Below are positions 1 through 14,480 of a stretch of 64,000 nucleotides of DNA, in pieces. This stretch comes from the human T2T-CHM13v2.0 reference genome, Homo sapiens, in assembly GCF_009914755.1 (NCBI RefSeq), contig NC_060928.1, one strand, 5' to 3'. Position 1 is the first letter of the stretch; every line of letters begins with the position of its first letter. The notes beneath the pieces are model-generated. The model saw nothing but the letters and a program-made list of their open reading frames with translations. It was not told where the DNA came from and did not search any database. The translations under genes were made by a program, and so were the position numbers.

Positions 1-334
1 TGGTGAAAATGTGGCACATTCTTGGGATGGAATATCACAGTTATACAAAAGAATAGATTGGATTTAAACTTACTGACATAGAGCCATTGCAAAAAAAATG
101 AATTTTAAAAGTACAAAATATGTCTCATATAATGTATGTAAATTTTAAAATAAAAAACATATAGAGGTATATTTATATATATGGAATTTGCTAATAGACT
201 AATGGGGTATATAACAAATGTATAAAAATAGTTGCATCTTTGGAAGGAGGAGGGGAATCAGCCTGGATTTGCAGGTCAAAAGGGAATTCAACTTTATGTT
301 ATGTTATATTTCCTTTACTTTAAAAAGATCTATT

Positions 335-1385
335 GGAAATAAGGGAGCCTGGAGGCCTGAAGCCAAAAGGAACTGTAAATAAATACAGTGCTTTTGTTGA
401 TTAAATCATTTCCCACAAGGAGGAGACTAACAATTCTCATACAGCTATACATGTATCCTGGAATTGAACAATTAAGTAATTGGCAGAGGGCAGGATTCAG
501 GTTTCTCACAACTGGGGTTGAATGTACAGATCAGCAACAGGAGGAGGCTAGAATGATCCATGGTAATGAGTCAAAGTTGGAGATATTTGCTTATGGAGAA
601 CTCATGCTTAACTTAATATAGATTAAGATTAATAATTTAATATACAGTAGAGATAGAAATATTTATGGATATATGTATATACAGAGGTTAGTATATGCAC
701 ATATAATTATTTGCTCCGTCAATAGAGGGGACCTAAAAGAAATGACAGCAAAGTAGCAACAACAACATCTAGCACCCAGATCTTGATTTCTAATAATATT
801 CTCTAATAAAAGGAATAAGGGCTCCTTAGAGAAATGGATTATTCTGGGACTGGAGTATCTTGTAGTACCAGGAAGTAAGGAGTTCTTTTAAAAAAGGATG
901 GAAGGGTGGTAAGTCAAAGGGCCCAGGAAGCCAACGAAAGAGCTCCCAATGGCCAAAGCTGGAAAAACTTGAGCAATAAAATAAAGTAGTATTGGATTAT
1001 AACCCAAAATCTGAATAAATATCAATGAGTCCATACTAATATAAATAAACTGTTTAATAAATTAATACATAGGGAAGAAGAGACAAGTCTTCTATGCAGA
1101 ATAATTTCAAATTATATAGATTATGTAATGATGTAGATACTCTCCTCTAAAAGAGGGGGGCATAACTCTCACCCTTTAAATGTGGGCTACACATAATGAT
1201 TTCCTTCTAACGAGTACAGTATGAAAATGAGGGGAGAGGAATAACTTGAAAGTGGAGAAAGCCAACACTGTGTTAGCCAGGTGCTCAAGGTCAGTGTCAA
1301 CACTCATAAACTATGTTGATGGTAAATATCCTTGCTATCATGAAAATGGCACTTAAATTCTGTGATCTTTCTCCCAAAAAAAAAA
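335..1385 (+). mobile_element. Ancient L1M (L1MC/L1MD-type) 3' UTR fragment
   Basis: Matches recalled L1MC/MD 3' end motifs (gagctcccaatggccaaagctgg, gtattggattataaccc, atgagtccatact); boundaries approximate. Confidence 0.55.
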
Positions 1386-1396
1386 TATATATATAT

Positions 1397-2351
<955 letters not shown>

Positions 2352-3146
2352 TAGTCTACTAATTTTTTAAAAACCATTTGAAAATATGACAAAATGTTGA
2401 GCTGTCAAACTGGGTTGTTTATTCTTTATTTCTCTGTTTTTTAGTTTCTCAGAATTAGAAAAATGAAAACTTAGAGCAGACTTACGTACCACACATTATG
2501 GGAATTCATCATCTTGGGAAATTTTACTCTCAGTTTTCTTGTTTATATTAACACTGGTAAATCAAACATCTCTTATAGAATAAGGCCAAGATATAAGCTA
2601 AAAATTGTTGAACTTCTTTGCACACAAATCTTTCTGCAAATTGGATGAATTTCTAAAAGTGAAATTTTATATCTACTGCCAAACTACATCTTCAAAATGT
2701 TATACTCATTTTTATTGGCACTCTGTCTGAGAGTGCCTGTTTCCTAGTTTCCTAGAAACCATAGGTATGCTCATTATTTTCCTCTATCAGTTTGATAAGC
2801 AAAAAGATCTTATCACATTTGTGCTTTCATTTGCAGTTCTACAATTGTTAATAGGGTGAGCGTTATTATTTTTCATACTTACATTTATCTTTTTGCATAT
2901 ATGAGTTACCTGTTCATGTCCTTTGTCCATTGTTCCATTGCTCTATAACAGCTCTGTATAAATGTCTTGAGTATTATTCTCTTCTCTGTTGACTTCAGTG
3001 ACACTTTTCCATTCTTCCTCCCTCTGCTTCTGTAGCCTAGCTAAAGGTTGGTGATCCTCAACTCCACCCTCTTTCCACTCTGTAATTGCCCCTCAAACTA
3101 TCTAATCCATGCAGGTATCTGACTGCTCTCCTAGGAGAAAGGCACA

Positions 3147-3452
3147 GGCCGGGCATGGTGGCTCACACCTATAATCTCAGCACTTTGGGAGGCTCAGGTG
3201 GGTGGATCACGAGGTCAAGAGATCAAGACCATCCTGGCCAACATGGTGAAACCCTGTCTCTACTAAAAATACAAAAATTAGCTGGTGTGGTGGTGTGCAC
3301 CTGTAGTCCCAGCTACTCAGGAGGCTGAGACAGGAGAATCGCTTGAACCCAGAAGGTGGAGGTTGCAGTGAGCTGAGATCGCACCACTGCCAGTCCAGTC
3401 TGGCGATAGAATTAGACTCTGTCTCAAAAACAAAAGAATAAAAAGGAAGAAA
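3147..3452 (+). mobile_element. AluS (AluSc-like), full length
   Basis: ggccgggcatggtggctcac start, cacgaggtcaagagatc diagnostic, A-rich tail, TSD aaaggcaca on both sides. Confidence 0.93.
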
Positions 3453-3486
3453 AAAGGCACAAAAGGAGCAGGGACCATGACTGTCT

Positions 3487-3598
3487 TAGCATGACCAACT
3501 GTCCTGGCTTATTTGGGACTGGGGCAGGGGCGGTTCCTGGGACTTTGAGTGTTCAAACTAGGACAGTCCTGAGCACACAGAAAGAGTTGATCACCCTA
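3487..3598. mobile_element. hAT-Blackjack MITE (MER81/MER94-like)
   Basis: Degenerate TIRs tagcatgaccaactgtcc ... gagttgatcacccta. Confidence 0.5.
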
Positions 3599-3749
3599 AA
3601 AGGTTAAGTACTCAATAAGAATTTATTGAATGAATCCTTGATAACTGCCAGGACTACTATTCCAGCCAGCTTAATCTTTTGGCCCACAGATCCACATATC
3701 TAATTCTTCATGGACAGCACCACTTGAATAGCACAGACATTTCACTTTT

Positions 3750-3854
3750 TTTCGGCTCACTGCAAGTTCTGCCTCCTGAGTCCACGCCATTCTCCTGCCT
3801 CAGCCTCTGGAGTAGCTGGAATTACAGGTGCCCGCCACCATGCCCGGCTAATTT
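3750..3854 (-). mobile_element. AluY right-arm fragment, truncated at both ends, with TSD
   Basis: ctgcaagttctgcctcc..cacgccattctcctgcctcagcc is AluY-like; flanked by gacatttcactttt (3736-3749) and gacatctcactttt (3855-3868). Confidence 0.85.
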
Positions 3855-4528
3855 GACATCTCACTTTTAATATGTCCAAAACTGTGTCTCCACTACCCCT
3901 CTGAAAACTCGGCTCCTTTTGTATTCATTTTCCCAATGAATTCTTTCTCTAGCATTTTAGAATTCCAGTAATCCTTACACATTTCACAGTTCTCAATTTT
4001 GTAAGGCAACTGCCAGGATTAGGGTTGTAATCTGTACTTTGGAGGTAATGTAAGCTAAGAGCAAACTCCGGAATGGCTCCATTTCATGTGACTCTGTTAT
4101 GCAGCTCTTTCACCCTTATGGCTGTTCCCTTTGTTCTGATATTTCTAAAGAATAATGGTTGTGTTCAGTGTTTTCCAAGTAATGAAACTTCCTTACAGGC
4201 AAAAGCATCTTGCAATAAGTAAAAAGGAGAATTATTATTAATATAAGGAGTTCAGCAGTGAGTTTATGTGTGTAAATTTAATAACTATAATTAAACCACA
4301 AATGTCAGTTTCAAGAAAGGTAAAACTATAATATGATTTTGAGAAAGCTGAGAATTGTTAGCTCTCAAAGAAATGTGATTGAAGCATCAGTTTAGTTATT
4401 CTGCTATGTGTTAGACGAAATTGGTAAATTACCTAATCTATGACTTGACCGCCTCATTTTACGATCACTGCCAAACACAGCAGACCTTATGTTGACAAAA
4501 TCACATTCATTTTATTCATCTGTATGCT

Positions 4529-4891
4529 TGTATTAGTCAGTTCAGGCCACAAGGACAAATACTGTAGAGGTGTAGATTAAACAACAGAATTTTTTTTTCA
4601 CAGTCTGGGAACTGGAAGTTTAAGATTAGGGTGCCAGCATGGTCAGGTTCCAGTGAGGGCTGTCTTTCAGACTAGAATAAGGACCATCTTCTCGCTGTGT
4701 CCTCACTAGACAGAGAGAGCTCTGGTGTCTCTCTTCCAATAAGGGCACCAGTTCTATTAGTTTAGGGCTCCATTCTTATGACTTTATTTAACCTTAATCA
4801 CCTCCTTGAAAGCCCCATTTTCAATGCAGTCACATGGGTAGTTAGGGCTTCAACATAGGAATTTTGAGGAGACACAAGTTAGTCCATAGCA
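4529..4891. mobile_element. MaLR solo LTR (MLT1A/MST-like)
   Basis: tgtattagtc start; ggtgccagcatggtcaggttc, cttctcgctgtgtcctcac and gcttcaacatag motifs; ends ccatagca. Confidence 0.75.
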
Positions 4892-6081
4892 ATACTGGCC
4901 TTTCTTTATAGAGAAACTGAATTTAAGTAACTCAATTCCTGCAAACATAGCTATGAACACACTGATTATAATACAAACAGCTTCATTTCTGAAACTTCTG
5001 TTTTACATGTGGGTTGCCGCCTGCCCTTAAAGTACTGCCTGTTCTCTATAAAGGTGACTCTGCACATCTGTTGCCGTGGTTCCAGCTAGCTAGTGCAGTT
5101 AACCCAGCATAATTATTTTAAAGCTCTTTTTCTCCACCCCTGGAACATTGATAAGTTTGTACTTATCTGACCACACATTTTTTTACCTTCATACCACCTG
5201 TAAGCAACTACTTCTGCATTTTTTCCTCCCTTCTAGCCTCTATTTGTCTTTCCAATCAAGAAATACTTCATTATTCTATCTGTCCAGCTGTGCCTCTCAG
5301 CATTTGTTTCTATTCTGTGTATATATGTATTAGTATGCCATATATATGTGTTTCTCTATAAACTATGTTTATATAGTGCTACTTTATGTATTGCCAAGTG
5401 CTTTACATTTCAGAGTGCTTTCACTCTCACCTGCTTGATTCTCATGATGCACCAGAGGAGATATGTGGCCAGATAAATATACAAGGGAACAGTTTTATCT
5501 CTGTTAACAAATATGAAAGCTGAAACTCAGAGAGACAAAACAATCTGCTTACATCACTCCTAATGCCTTGCCTTCTACTAACCTCGAAATATTCTTTCTT
5601 TATCTGCAGATTAGATTAAGTATTTGTACCCATGAATGTATCCCTTTGTCAATATATCCTATTTCAGAGACTCATATTCGTAATATGTGAAACACAGGCT
5701 CACTGTGTACACATTGTAGGAAATTGATTTTTTTTTTTTTGCCCATAGAGAGATGCCAGTAAATATCAAATTATTATCAACCATCAGAACCATCATGGAT
5801 ATCTGGATAATTGAATGTTTTGGAATGAAAATACTTAATGTGCTAGATATATCTGCTAACATTCCTTCTTGGCAACCCTGCATACAAGCGTGTATCTGTA
5901 ATAACTAAGAAATTAACAGTTTTCCAAAAATATTACCTTCATGTCTGTTGGTGCCAAAAATATGACCTTTCTTAAAGACCTTATCTAGATTATCTTTAAT
6001 GTGGACATTATTTTAACAGGGAATGTTTTAGTCACTTGTCATTATTATTTTGCAATTTATTATCATTTTCCCATCTCCCCC

Positions 6082-6553
6082 TGTATTAGAGTTCTCCAGA
6101 GAAACAAAATCAATCAAATATATATAGATGACTTATTATAAGGCATTGGCTCGTGCAACTATGGAGTCTGACAAGCCCCATGATCTGCCATCTGCGGGCT
6201 GGAGGCCTAGAGAAGCTGGTGGTATAAATTCGAGTCCAAGTGCAAAGGCCAAAGAAACAGGAGTGCCAATGGAATAAGTCCCGGTCCAAGAGCGGAAGAT
6301 CAATATCTCAGCTCAACAGTCAGGCAGAGAGAACAAATTCTCCTTTACTCTGTCTTTTTGTTCTCTTCAGGCCCTCAATGGATTGCATGGTGCATACCCA
6401 GTTGGGAAGGGCCATCTGCTTTACTCAGTCTACCAATTCAAGTGCTAATCTCATCCAGAAACAACATCACATACCTAACCAGAAATAATGTTAAGTCAAA
6501 TATCTGGGCATCCTGTGGTCCAGTCATGTTGACACATAGAATTAACCATCACA
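6082..6553. mobile_element. ERVL solo LTR (MLT2-type)
   Basis: tgtattagagttctccagagaaaca ... tgacacatagaattaaccatcaca, typical MLT2 termini. Confidence 0.8.
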
Positions 6554-7887
6554 TCCCCATTTCTCCATTTCCCCTTTCTACTTGTGACATGAGAAGCTTA
6601 AAGTTTGAGTAATTGACTTGTAATTTACTTCTAAATAAAGTATCTTATGTTTGTATTACAAATTCAAATACATGTATAGGTGCTTCTTGACTTCCAAATC
6701 ATTGAGAAAATAATGTTAAGTTGTGAATAAGGTGTTGCTGGCTCTTTGGCGGGGTTCAGGTGGTCTCACTCCACAGTAGAGTTCTTAATATTGGCCATGA
6801 GCTCCAGGGAATACATCACAACCACCATTGTCCTCCCACCCAAAAGAATAAATCAGGTAGAAAGAATACCAACACCCAAGGCTATAACATTGAACATGCC
6901 ATAGTCCTTGTGAACAGTGCCCCATGGAGTTCTGCAGTACACAGGGTGCACATTCATACATGGTAGCCCTGCCAAGGGTACTGCCTACAAGAGCTATCAC
7001 AATCAAATGAGCTACTCTAAGATACTCTCAGAAGAGGAAGTAGCACAATAACTTGATGAAGTAGAAAGAATGGGGTTATTGAATTTAAAGCCCCATATTC
7101 AGTTGCTGGTACTACCATGTCTTCTGGGAAACATGGCCTTGGGCAAGCCTGCTGAGGTCTGGGAGCCTTAGTGTCTCTCCCTACTTCACAGATTCTTGAG
7201 TGTCAAATGAATCATATATGAAGGAAAATTATGCATAAAATCATAGAATTTTATTTTAATAAATAGAAGCTTCTAGAAAGAGAAAAACAGACCCACCTGC
7301 CTTGCTTCAGTGATTAGGTTGGGAGAATAGGGCATTTAAAGAGTATATGCTTCAGCTTGTTACAGCACCAGTTTGTGGAGGAGGATGAGTGGAGATCTCT
7401 TTTCCTTTACAGCTCTCCCATGAGCAATGGCTCATAAACAGCAGTCCAGGGAGCAGCTGCCTCACGCCCAACAAAGCATGGCATCCATAACCCCAAATAC
7501 TCTATCCTCACCTGTCTTTCCTGACATCCCACCACAGAGTAAAGTCAAAGACACACTGAGCTCATCAACACCTTCAAGAATACTTATTCCTCTGTTCTGT
7601 TTGGTACAATACAAACTGCATGCCACAGACTCAGACCCCAAAGATTCTCAGTTGCAGCAGAGCTAACTGCACATGAAGAGCAGAGTGGAGAGAAATCAAT
7701 ATTTGCCCAATGGAAAAGAAAAAAAATCAATTGAGAGGAGGGAAAATGTTATCTCTAAGCCTTTGAAAGCAGTGGCTTAGATGTAGCTATATCAGCATAT
7801 AAAGAAGGAAAATGAGATTTTAAAAAGTAGAGAGTCTTTTTACATTTAAGTTCCTAGTTCTAAAGAGCTCAATAGTTCAGAAAGTAT

Positions 7888-8006
7888 TTTTTAATTGTGG
7901 TGAAATTCATACAACATAAAATTAACCATTTTAAAGTGAACAATTCAGTGACATTTACTACATTTACAGTGTTGTACAAACACCACCTCTATCCAGTTCC
8001 AAACCA
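7888..8006 (-). mobile_element. L1MB-type 3' end fragment
   Basis: aattgtggtgaaattcatacaacataaaattaaccattttaaagtgaacaattcagtg motif next to a T-run. Confidence 0.65.
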
Positions 8007-11000
8007 TTAGGAAGTGTTTATTATTCTAGAATTATACATGCAGAAACTACATAAAAGTCTGATAAATTTTTCTTAGATTTTTCAGCCTTTTGGACTTAAC
8101 TCCCCAGATTATATTTGAGTGTTGTATTGTTGCTTTCTGCCTAGCTGATATTATGTGTCTTCAGTGTTTAAGAATAGGCCAATTTAAATGTGTTTCCACA
8201 TTTGGTAAGGTGGATGGGAGAGAGGTGACTATAGATTTCTACAGACAGGCAAAATCCCATGTGTTTATTTTCACCTATGTATTGACAGAATGTTTAAACT
8301 ATTCAATAAAAAGAAAATTCTTTCAGTCATATGCATTTCTTCTGTCTAGGGTCATAGGCAGATGGATCAACAGTGTAACTCATAAAAGTGGACTTCAATG
8401 CAAAATTCAATGTAGTCTCTCATCTCTGCACCAAGTGTTTCCCTACAAACTGGCAAAGTTGGTTTAACTAAGCAAAAAGCAAGCTTTTTGAGAATTGGGG
8501 TCAGAAGGATGTGGAAAATCTGTTTCTCTTTCAGTGGCTGGAATGAATACTCTATTGCCAGTGAACAGAGAAGGATGCCTTCTTGCTCATAGCTGCTGTG
8601 GCTGCCCTAAAGTCATTCATGGATACTCCCCATGGCTGCAGAGCTAACGAATAGTCTAATTAGGAAACAAAACAGTGGAATCCATCTTGCTGCCTAGAGT
8701 TTAGCTGCTAGCCTCTTGAACTTGGTCTTCCATCTCCACCCCTGCTCTGGTCCATTGACCGTATGAGCTGGACTTTGCAACTGAGTTGGACTGCCCCCTT
8801 CTCTAAATTGACTCTGGTCCTGGTAAAATATTTGTGCATTGCCTTATTTGTAAATATTTGTGTGTTATCTTAGAACTGTAACTACACACACATACACAAA
8901 CCAAAAATATCTTACTGAAAAATGTGGAAGCAAAATTCACTTTTGCTGTTTCTCAAATAGCAAGATAAGACTGAGGTAGAATCCTGTCTTAGACTCCTAA
9001 AAATTAACTGATTCATGATTTATGAGCATTCCACCTAAAGGAAGAATCAATAGAGAGAAGGAAAAGAGTAAGGGAGAACAATCCAATAAGTAACTTTAAG
9101 CCTGTAGCATATTATTACTTTTCTGAAGTTCTGTATTACCACTTTATATATAGTAGGCACTCAATATGTATTTGTTATTTGAATGGGATGAGGATATTTT
9201 TTCTTCTTTAGTAATCTTTAAGGAACATTCTGCCTTACTATATCGATTAAATAATTACAGTATTTGGTGCCAGGTGCTCAACTGAAAGAAATTATTATTT
9301 TTAAATAGCTCTTGATTTTTGAAATGATCCTCTGTGGTCCAGGCTCTGCCCCTTCAGTACTCGTTAACCATTCCTCATGAGACCACATATGCACTGCCCA
9401 TAGCAATGGCTCTCAACTTCTGAATTCCTTTGGAACCTCATTTTAAAATGCAGTTTCCTTGGAATCTTCACTCACAATGTTCTTTCCATCTGAGAATGGA
9501 CCTAGCAACCTACATTTTAGCAAGTACCCTGGGAGATCCAGGGAGCATATCATCCAGTAGATGATCTGTGGAGCATATTTTAGGAACCAATCCATAGATT
9601 TGACTGAATCCTAGTCTCTAAGACCAGCCTTGTTTAGAGCAGAAAGAAGTTGAAGAACGAACAGTACATTGCTGTGCAGTCATGATGGTGCTGTCCAGGG
9701 ACAAGATCTTGTTTCTGTTCTCTCTCTTTTTTCCTCTTCCCTGCTTCATGCCCAAAACCCAGCTGGTCTTGCCTTGGATTGTAGTAGCTAGTCCATGATA
9801 TTCCAAGACCTAATTGGCTACTAGATGGAGTGTTGTCAATTACTAAATCCCATATTTAATGTGCTGCCTGTCTACCTGGTCCTCCACCAATGACCAAACT
9901 CCATCTGTATACTTTCTTGAATTCTACCAATGCCTACTGCTTAGACATTCTCTTATTCCCTATTTTGCCCATGTGGGTCTGTTCGATGGCACATCCGAGC
10001 ATTAAAACCTCATTCTTAGTGGCACACAACCCTGACAAAGAGTGCTGAGTGTCCAGAATTAGGCAAGATAATGGGATAATCACCAGGTTGGTTACCCTAA
10101 AAGAGATAATGTTCCTCTGTGTGTGTGATAAAATAAAAGGTCATGCCTATTTGCTTAGCAAAAGAGATTTTGGAAGAGGGAACCATTAGAAGTTGGGAAA
10201 CAACTTGAGATACATCATTTGTGTTACATAAACCTGTTATCAAGATTGGCCCAATGTAGATTAAAATAGAAGTGCTCTTAATTGGGCTTCAGGCTAATAC
10301 AGTGGGTTGGGATTAGCACACCCTCTGTAGAAGCCTCATATACCATGCTGAAATAATAGATACCAATAATGTGGCATCCCTCCATTCTAGCCCCTTCTAA
10401 AGGGACTTTTGCAGCCAAAAAGAACAGCTAGGTTAGATCTACTTCCTTTCTGGTCATTGAGGCCAGTACTGAGGAGGCTTGAGCTTTGAGGCAGTGAATT
10501 CAGTTACCCACAGTCACCTTCAGTAAACCAGTTATATGAGATGGCTTATGTGCTAAGGAGAGAGAGAGGACATGGTCCAACCAGGGATATGCTACAGTAC
10601 CTGCTTAAGGAATATAGCTGAATTGAGTATTGCTCACAAAACTGGTACCTTCCCAAATTGTTACTCTACCTATTGAGAGCTGAACTATTTTATTTGACTA
10701 CAGAAAGAAGCTTCAGAGAAGAGCAGAACAAACTTTAATGATTTCTTTCTCTGTCTTGGTTCATTCATTTAGTCAACAAATGTGTTTTAATCATTTCTAT
10801 GAGCTAGGAATAAACAGCTCTGGCCTCTCCCTCAGAGAGCTTACCATTGTGTTGTAGAATTTAGGTCATGAATTTACGTGGACACAGATCTACCAAGGAC
10901 TTCTCTTAATCTTTCAGCTGCCTGTATCAGATGAAAAGAACACTGTGAATACTGGATAGGCAATAGAAGTAGTCAGAAATGCCCCCTAGGGAAACCAGAC

Positions 11001-11244
11001 CTGAAATTCACCTTCCAGTGGATAAACACAGCTTGATGTTTATGCTAAAATGCTAATCAACAAGAGGAAAGAAGAAAAATGCCCCCAGATTGAACAGAAA
11101 GTGTCTCATGGATACAATAAAGCAGACAAATTGCTTTGGTTACTGTAGGGTTATGTAAGAGGTCCTTTGTGTTCCCTCCTTATTTCTGCTAGATAAGATG
11201 AAGATTAATTGAAATACCAAGTGCTATATAAGCTAATAGTTTTA

Positions 11245-11416
11245 TTAGCTTAAACCAGAAGTTCAGCCACCTGGAGGACTTGCTAAAACATAAATTGCTC
11301 AGCTCTGTAACCAGAGTTTAGTTTTTAGTAGCTCTGGGATGAGGCTTGAGAATTTACATGTTCCCAGGTGTTGCAGATGCTGCTGGTTCCAGGTCCACAC
11401 TGTGAGAACTACTGGC
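11245..11416. mobile_element. MER5A-like hAT-Charlie MITE
   Basis: cacctggaggacttgctaaaaca ... gatgctgctggttccaggtccacactgtgagaactactg. Confidence 0.7.
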
Positions 11417-11481
11417 GTAAGCAGACACTCTCAGCAACCTTGAAAGTGTTGCTCCACAAAGCAAATAGGCAGTACCACTAA

Positions 11482-11772
<291 letters not shown>

Positions 11773-12063
11773 TACACCACTAAATTTAAAATGTTTAAAT
11801 ACCTGCTGGTTTTCTCACTACAAAATAATATATATGTATACCAAAAAAAGGTTTTTAATAAAAAATAATAAACTTATTAAATGACCTATGTAAATTTAAA
11901 ACCACCCAAAGATAGCCCTTAATAACCTTGCTTTGTATTTTTATAAAATGTTTCTTAGGTATGTTTGTGTATACATATATGCGTGCTATTCTCTCTAACA
12001 TATGTACGTAATATTCTCTCTTTTCTCTATATATATAAATATCAAAATCACTGGAATCATCTT

Positions 12064-12356
12064 TTATTTTTTTGAGACAGAGTCTCATTCTGTTGACCAG
12101 GCTGGAGTGCAGTGGCGCAATCTTGGCTCACTGAAACCTCCCTCTTCTGGGTTCAAGCAATTCTTGTCCCTCAGCCTCCCAAGTACCTGAGATTACAGTC
12201 ACATGCCACCATGCCTGGCTAATTTTTATACTTTTCAGTAGAGACGGGGTTTCATCATGTTGGACAGGCTGGTCTTGAGCTCCTGGCCTCAAGTGATCCA
12301 CCCGCCTCAGCCTCCCAAAGTGCTGGGATTACAGGCAAGAGCCATCGCACTCAGCC
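12064..12356 (-). mobile_element. AluS (Sx/Sz-like)
   Basis: Full reverse-complement Alu; TSD tggaatcatctt at 12052-12063 and 12357-12368. Confidence 0.93.
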
Positions 12357-13310
12357 TGGAATCATCTTATGTATACCATTTTATAACTTACCCTTTTCAC
12401 TTAACATATACTTGTAAACATCTTTCTAAGTCAATATAGTTGTATGATACAATTTAGTACATCCTTTGAATGAACATTTAGGTTATTACACAATTCTTTC
12501 AAAGAAACTAATTCAGCATAAATATTCTTGTAAGTCCTGATTTGCATCCTTAATTATTTTCTAAAGACAAATTCCCAGAAGAAAAAAATGCCAAGTAAAA
12601 AGTTATATAGATTTTTAGGGCTCTGAATACATATTGCCTGATTAGGCTTCAAATGCTAGATCACTTTACATGCCCATCAGCACTCTATGGTTATTTTCTC
12701 ACACCTTGACATAAGGCTGAGTACATATTTGTTCATTGTTTTTCTGTGAGAGGTTTCTTTTGCCAATTTAATAGAGAGAAAATGCTCTCTTGTTTAATTT
12801 TGAATTTTTTTTCAGTTGCCAGTGGGGTTACTAGTAGTATCACATTCAGTGATGTCATACTTCTTTTTATTGTAGCAGTGTGAATCTGAAGCTTAGAATT
12901 ATGCTATCAGTTCTTGACAGAGCAGTTCTTTGGTTTGAGGCTTTACATGTTTGACATTTTTAAGGTCTAGCACATCATTTTTCTTTGATATGAACAAACA
13001 AATCTCAGAGTAGATCAGCTTTTGTTGTATTATGTAAACTTTGAGAAAGTAAATTGGCTGCAAAAACTATTTTGAATTCATCTGATGTGATATGCAGTCT
13101 CATTTCTCAGCCTATGAATAATTTGTTGTAATATAGTTGATCTAATTTTACTTAGGAAATCAACTATCCACTGTGACCAAAAGAGAAAACTGATGGAGCA
13201 ATGTATCTTGTTATCTATTGATTAATATTTATTCAGTGACCATGTGATGTGAATACTAAAATGAACTTTCTTGGTGATACACTAAATTGAACTTTCTTGT
13301 TGATACACAG

Positions 13311-13514
13311 GGACTATTAGGTGAAAAATATGGGAATATCCGAATCCCTGGAGAAGTTGAAGCCTCAGAGTTTGAAATGATTTTGGATGCCGCCATAGAG
13401 GCAAAGCTGGAGACCAAGTTGCTGGAGGAGTGGTACTGTCGAGATGAGAACTCGGTGCCAGCAGCCTATTACCTCAGACCCAAGTCAGAAATGCTGAGAA
13501 GCAATAGAAATGCA
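13311..13514 (+). CDS. NWD2: NWD2 internal coding exon (probably exon 4; 204 nt, phase 0-0), end of DUF4062-like domain
   Basis: acacag|GGA acceptor, GCA|gtaagc donor; encodes GLLGEKYGNIRIPGEVEASEFEMILDAA...LRSNRNA; GLLGxxYG is the DUF4062 motif shared with NWD1/TEP1. Confidence 0.93.
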
Positions 13515-13679
13515 GTAAGCTGCCTTTCCCTCCAGCCTATGGATCTGTCCATTACTACATTTGTTACCATTTATGTCATCCGGGGTGGTGCTGCACAGAA
13601 AAGGCAGAGTAGACAGAAAGTTACTCTGCCCTAGGCCCCAGGTTTTCCTTTTAACAACTAAATCCACACTGATCCTTAG

Positions 13680-14480
13680 GCAAACACAAATGAAACCACA
13701 ATGCCATATCACTTTACACCTGTTAGGATGGCCATCAAAAAGTCAAAAGATAATAGGAGTTGGAGAGGATGCGAAGAAAAAGGAACCCTGTTACACTGTT
13801 GGTGGGACTGTACATTCGGGCAGCCTCTCTGGGAAACAGTATAGCAGTTCCTCAAAAAATTAAAAATAGAACTACCCACTTCTGGGTATATATCCAAAGG
13901 CAATAAAATCACTGTCTTGAAGAGATATCCACACTCCCAGGTTCATTGCAGAATTGTTCACAATAGCCAAGATATGGAAACAGTCTAAGTGTCTGTCAGC
14001 AAATGAAAAGATAAAGAAAATGTAGAAGGAAATTAAGGAACATTTATATACACACATACTGTGATATTATTCAGTCTTTTTAAAAGAAAGCAATCCTACC
14101 ATTTACAGCAACATGGATGAACCTGGAGGACATTATGCTAAGTGAATTAAGCCAGGCCCAGAAAGACAAATACCATATGATCTCACTTACATATGGAATC
14201 TAAAAACGTTGAGTTCATGGTAACAGAGAGTAGAAGTGTATTTACAAAGGTCTGGGATTTAGAGGAAATAGAGAGATGTTGGTCAAAGGTCACAAACTTT
14301 CATGGTGTCTATAGTTAATTATAAACCTGAAATTGGCTGAGAGAGCAGATCTCAAGTGTTCTTACCACCCACCAAAACAAAGGAAATTATGTGAGGTAGT
14401 GGATTTGTTAGTTAGCTTGATTGTGGTCACCATTTCACAGTATATACATAGATCAAAACATCACATTGTGCACCTTTAAA
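13680..14480 (+). mobile_element. L1MA/L1MB ORF2 end and 3' UTR
   Basis: aaaccacaatg..., gcaacatggatgaacctggaggacattatgctaagtgaa, tagcttgattgtggt motifs. Confidence 0.85.

Noticed and set aside
13287-13634. ORF-track N- and C-terminal extensions of the NWD2 exons (also 21644-22192 and 26015)
   Set aside because: They arise from reading through splice sites; AG/GT boundaries and phase continuity define the true exons
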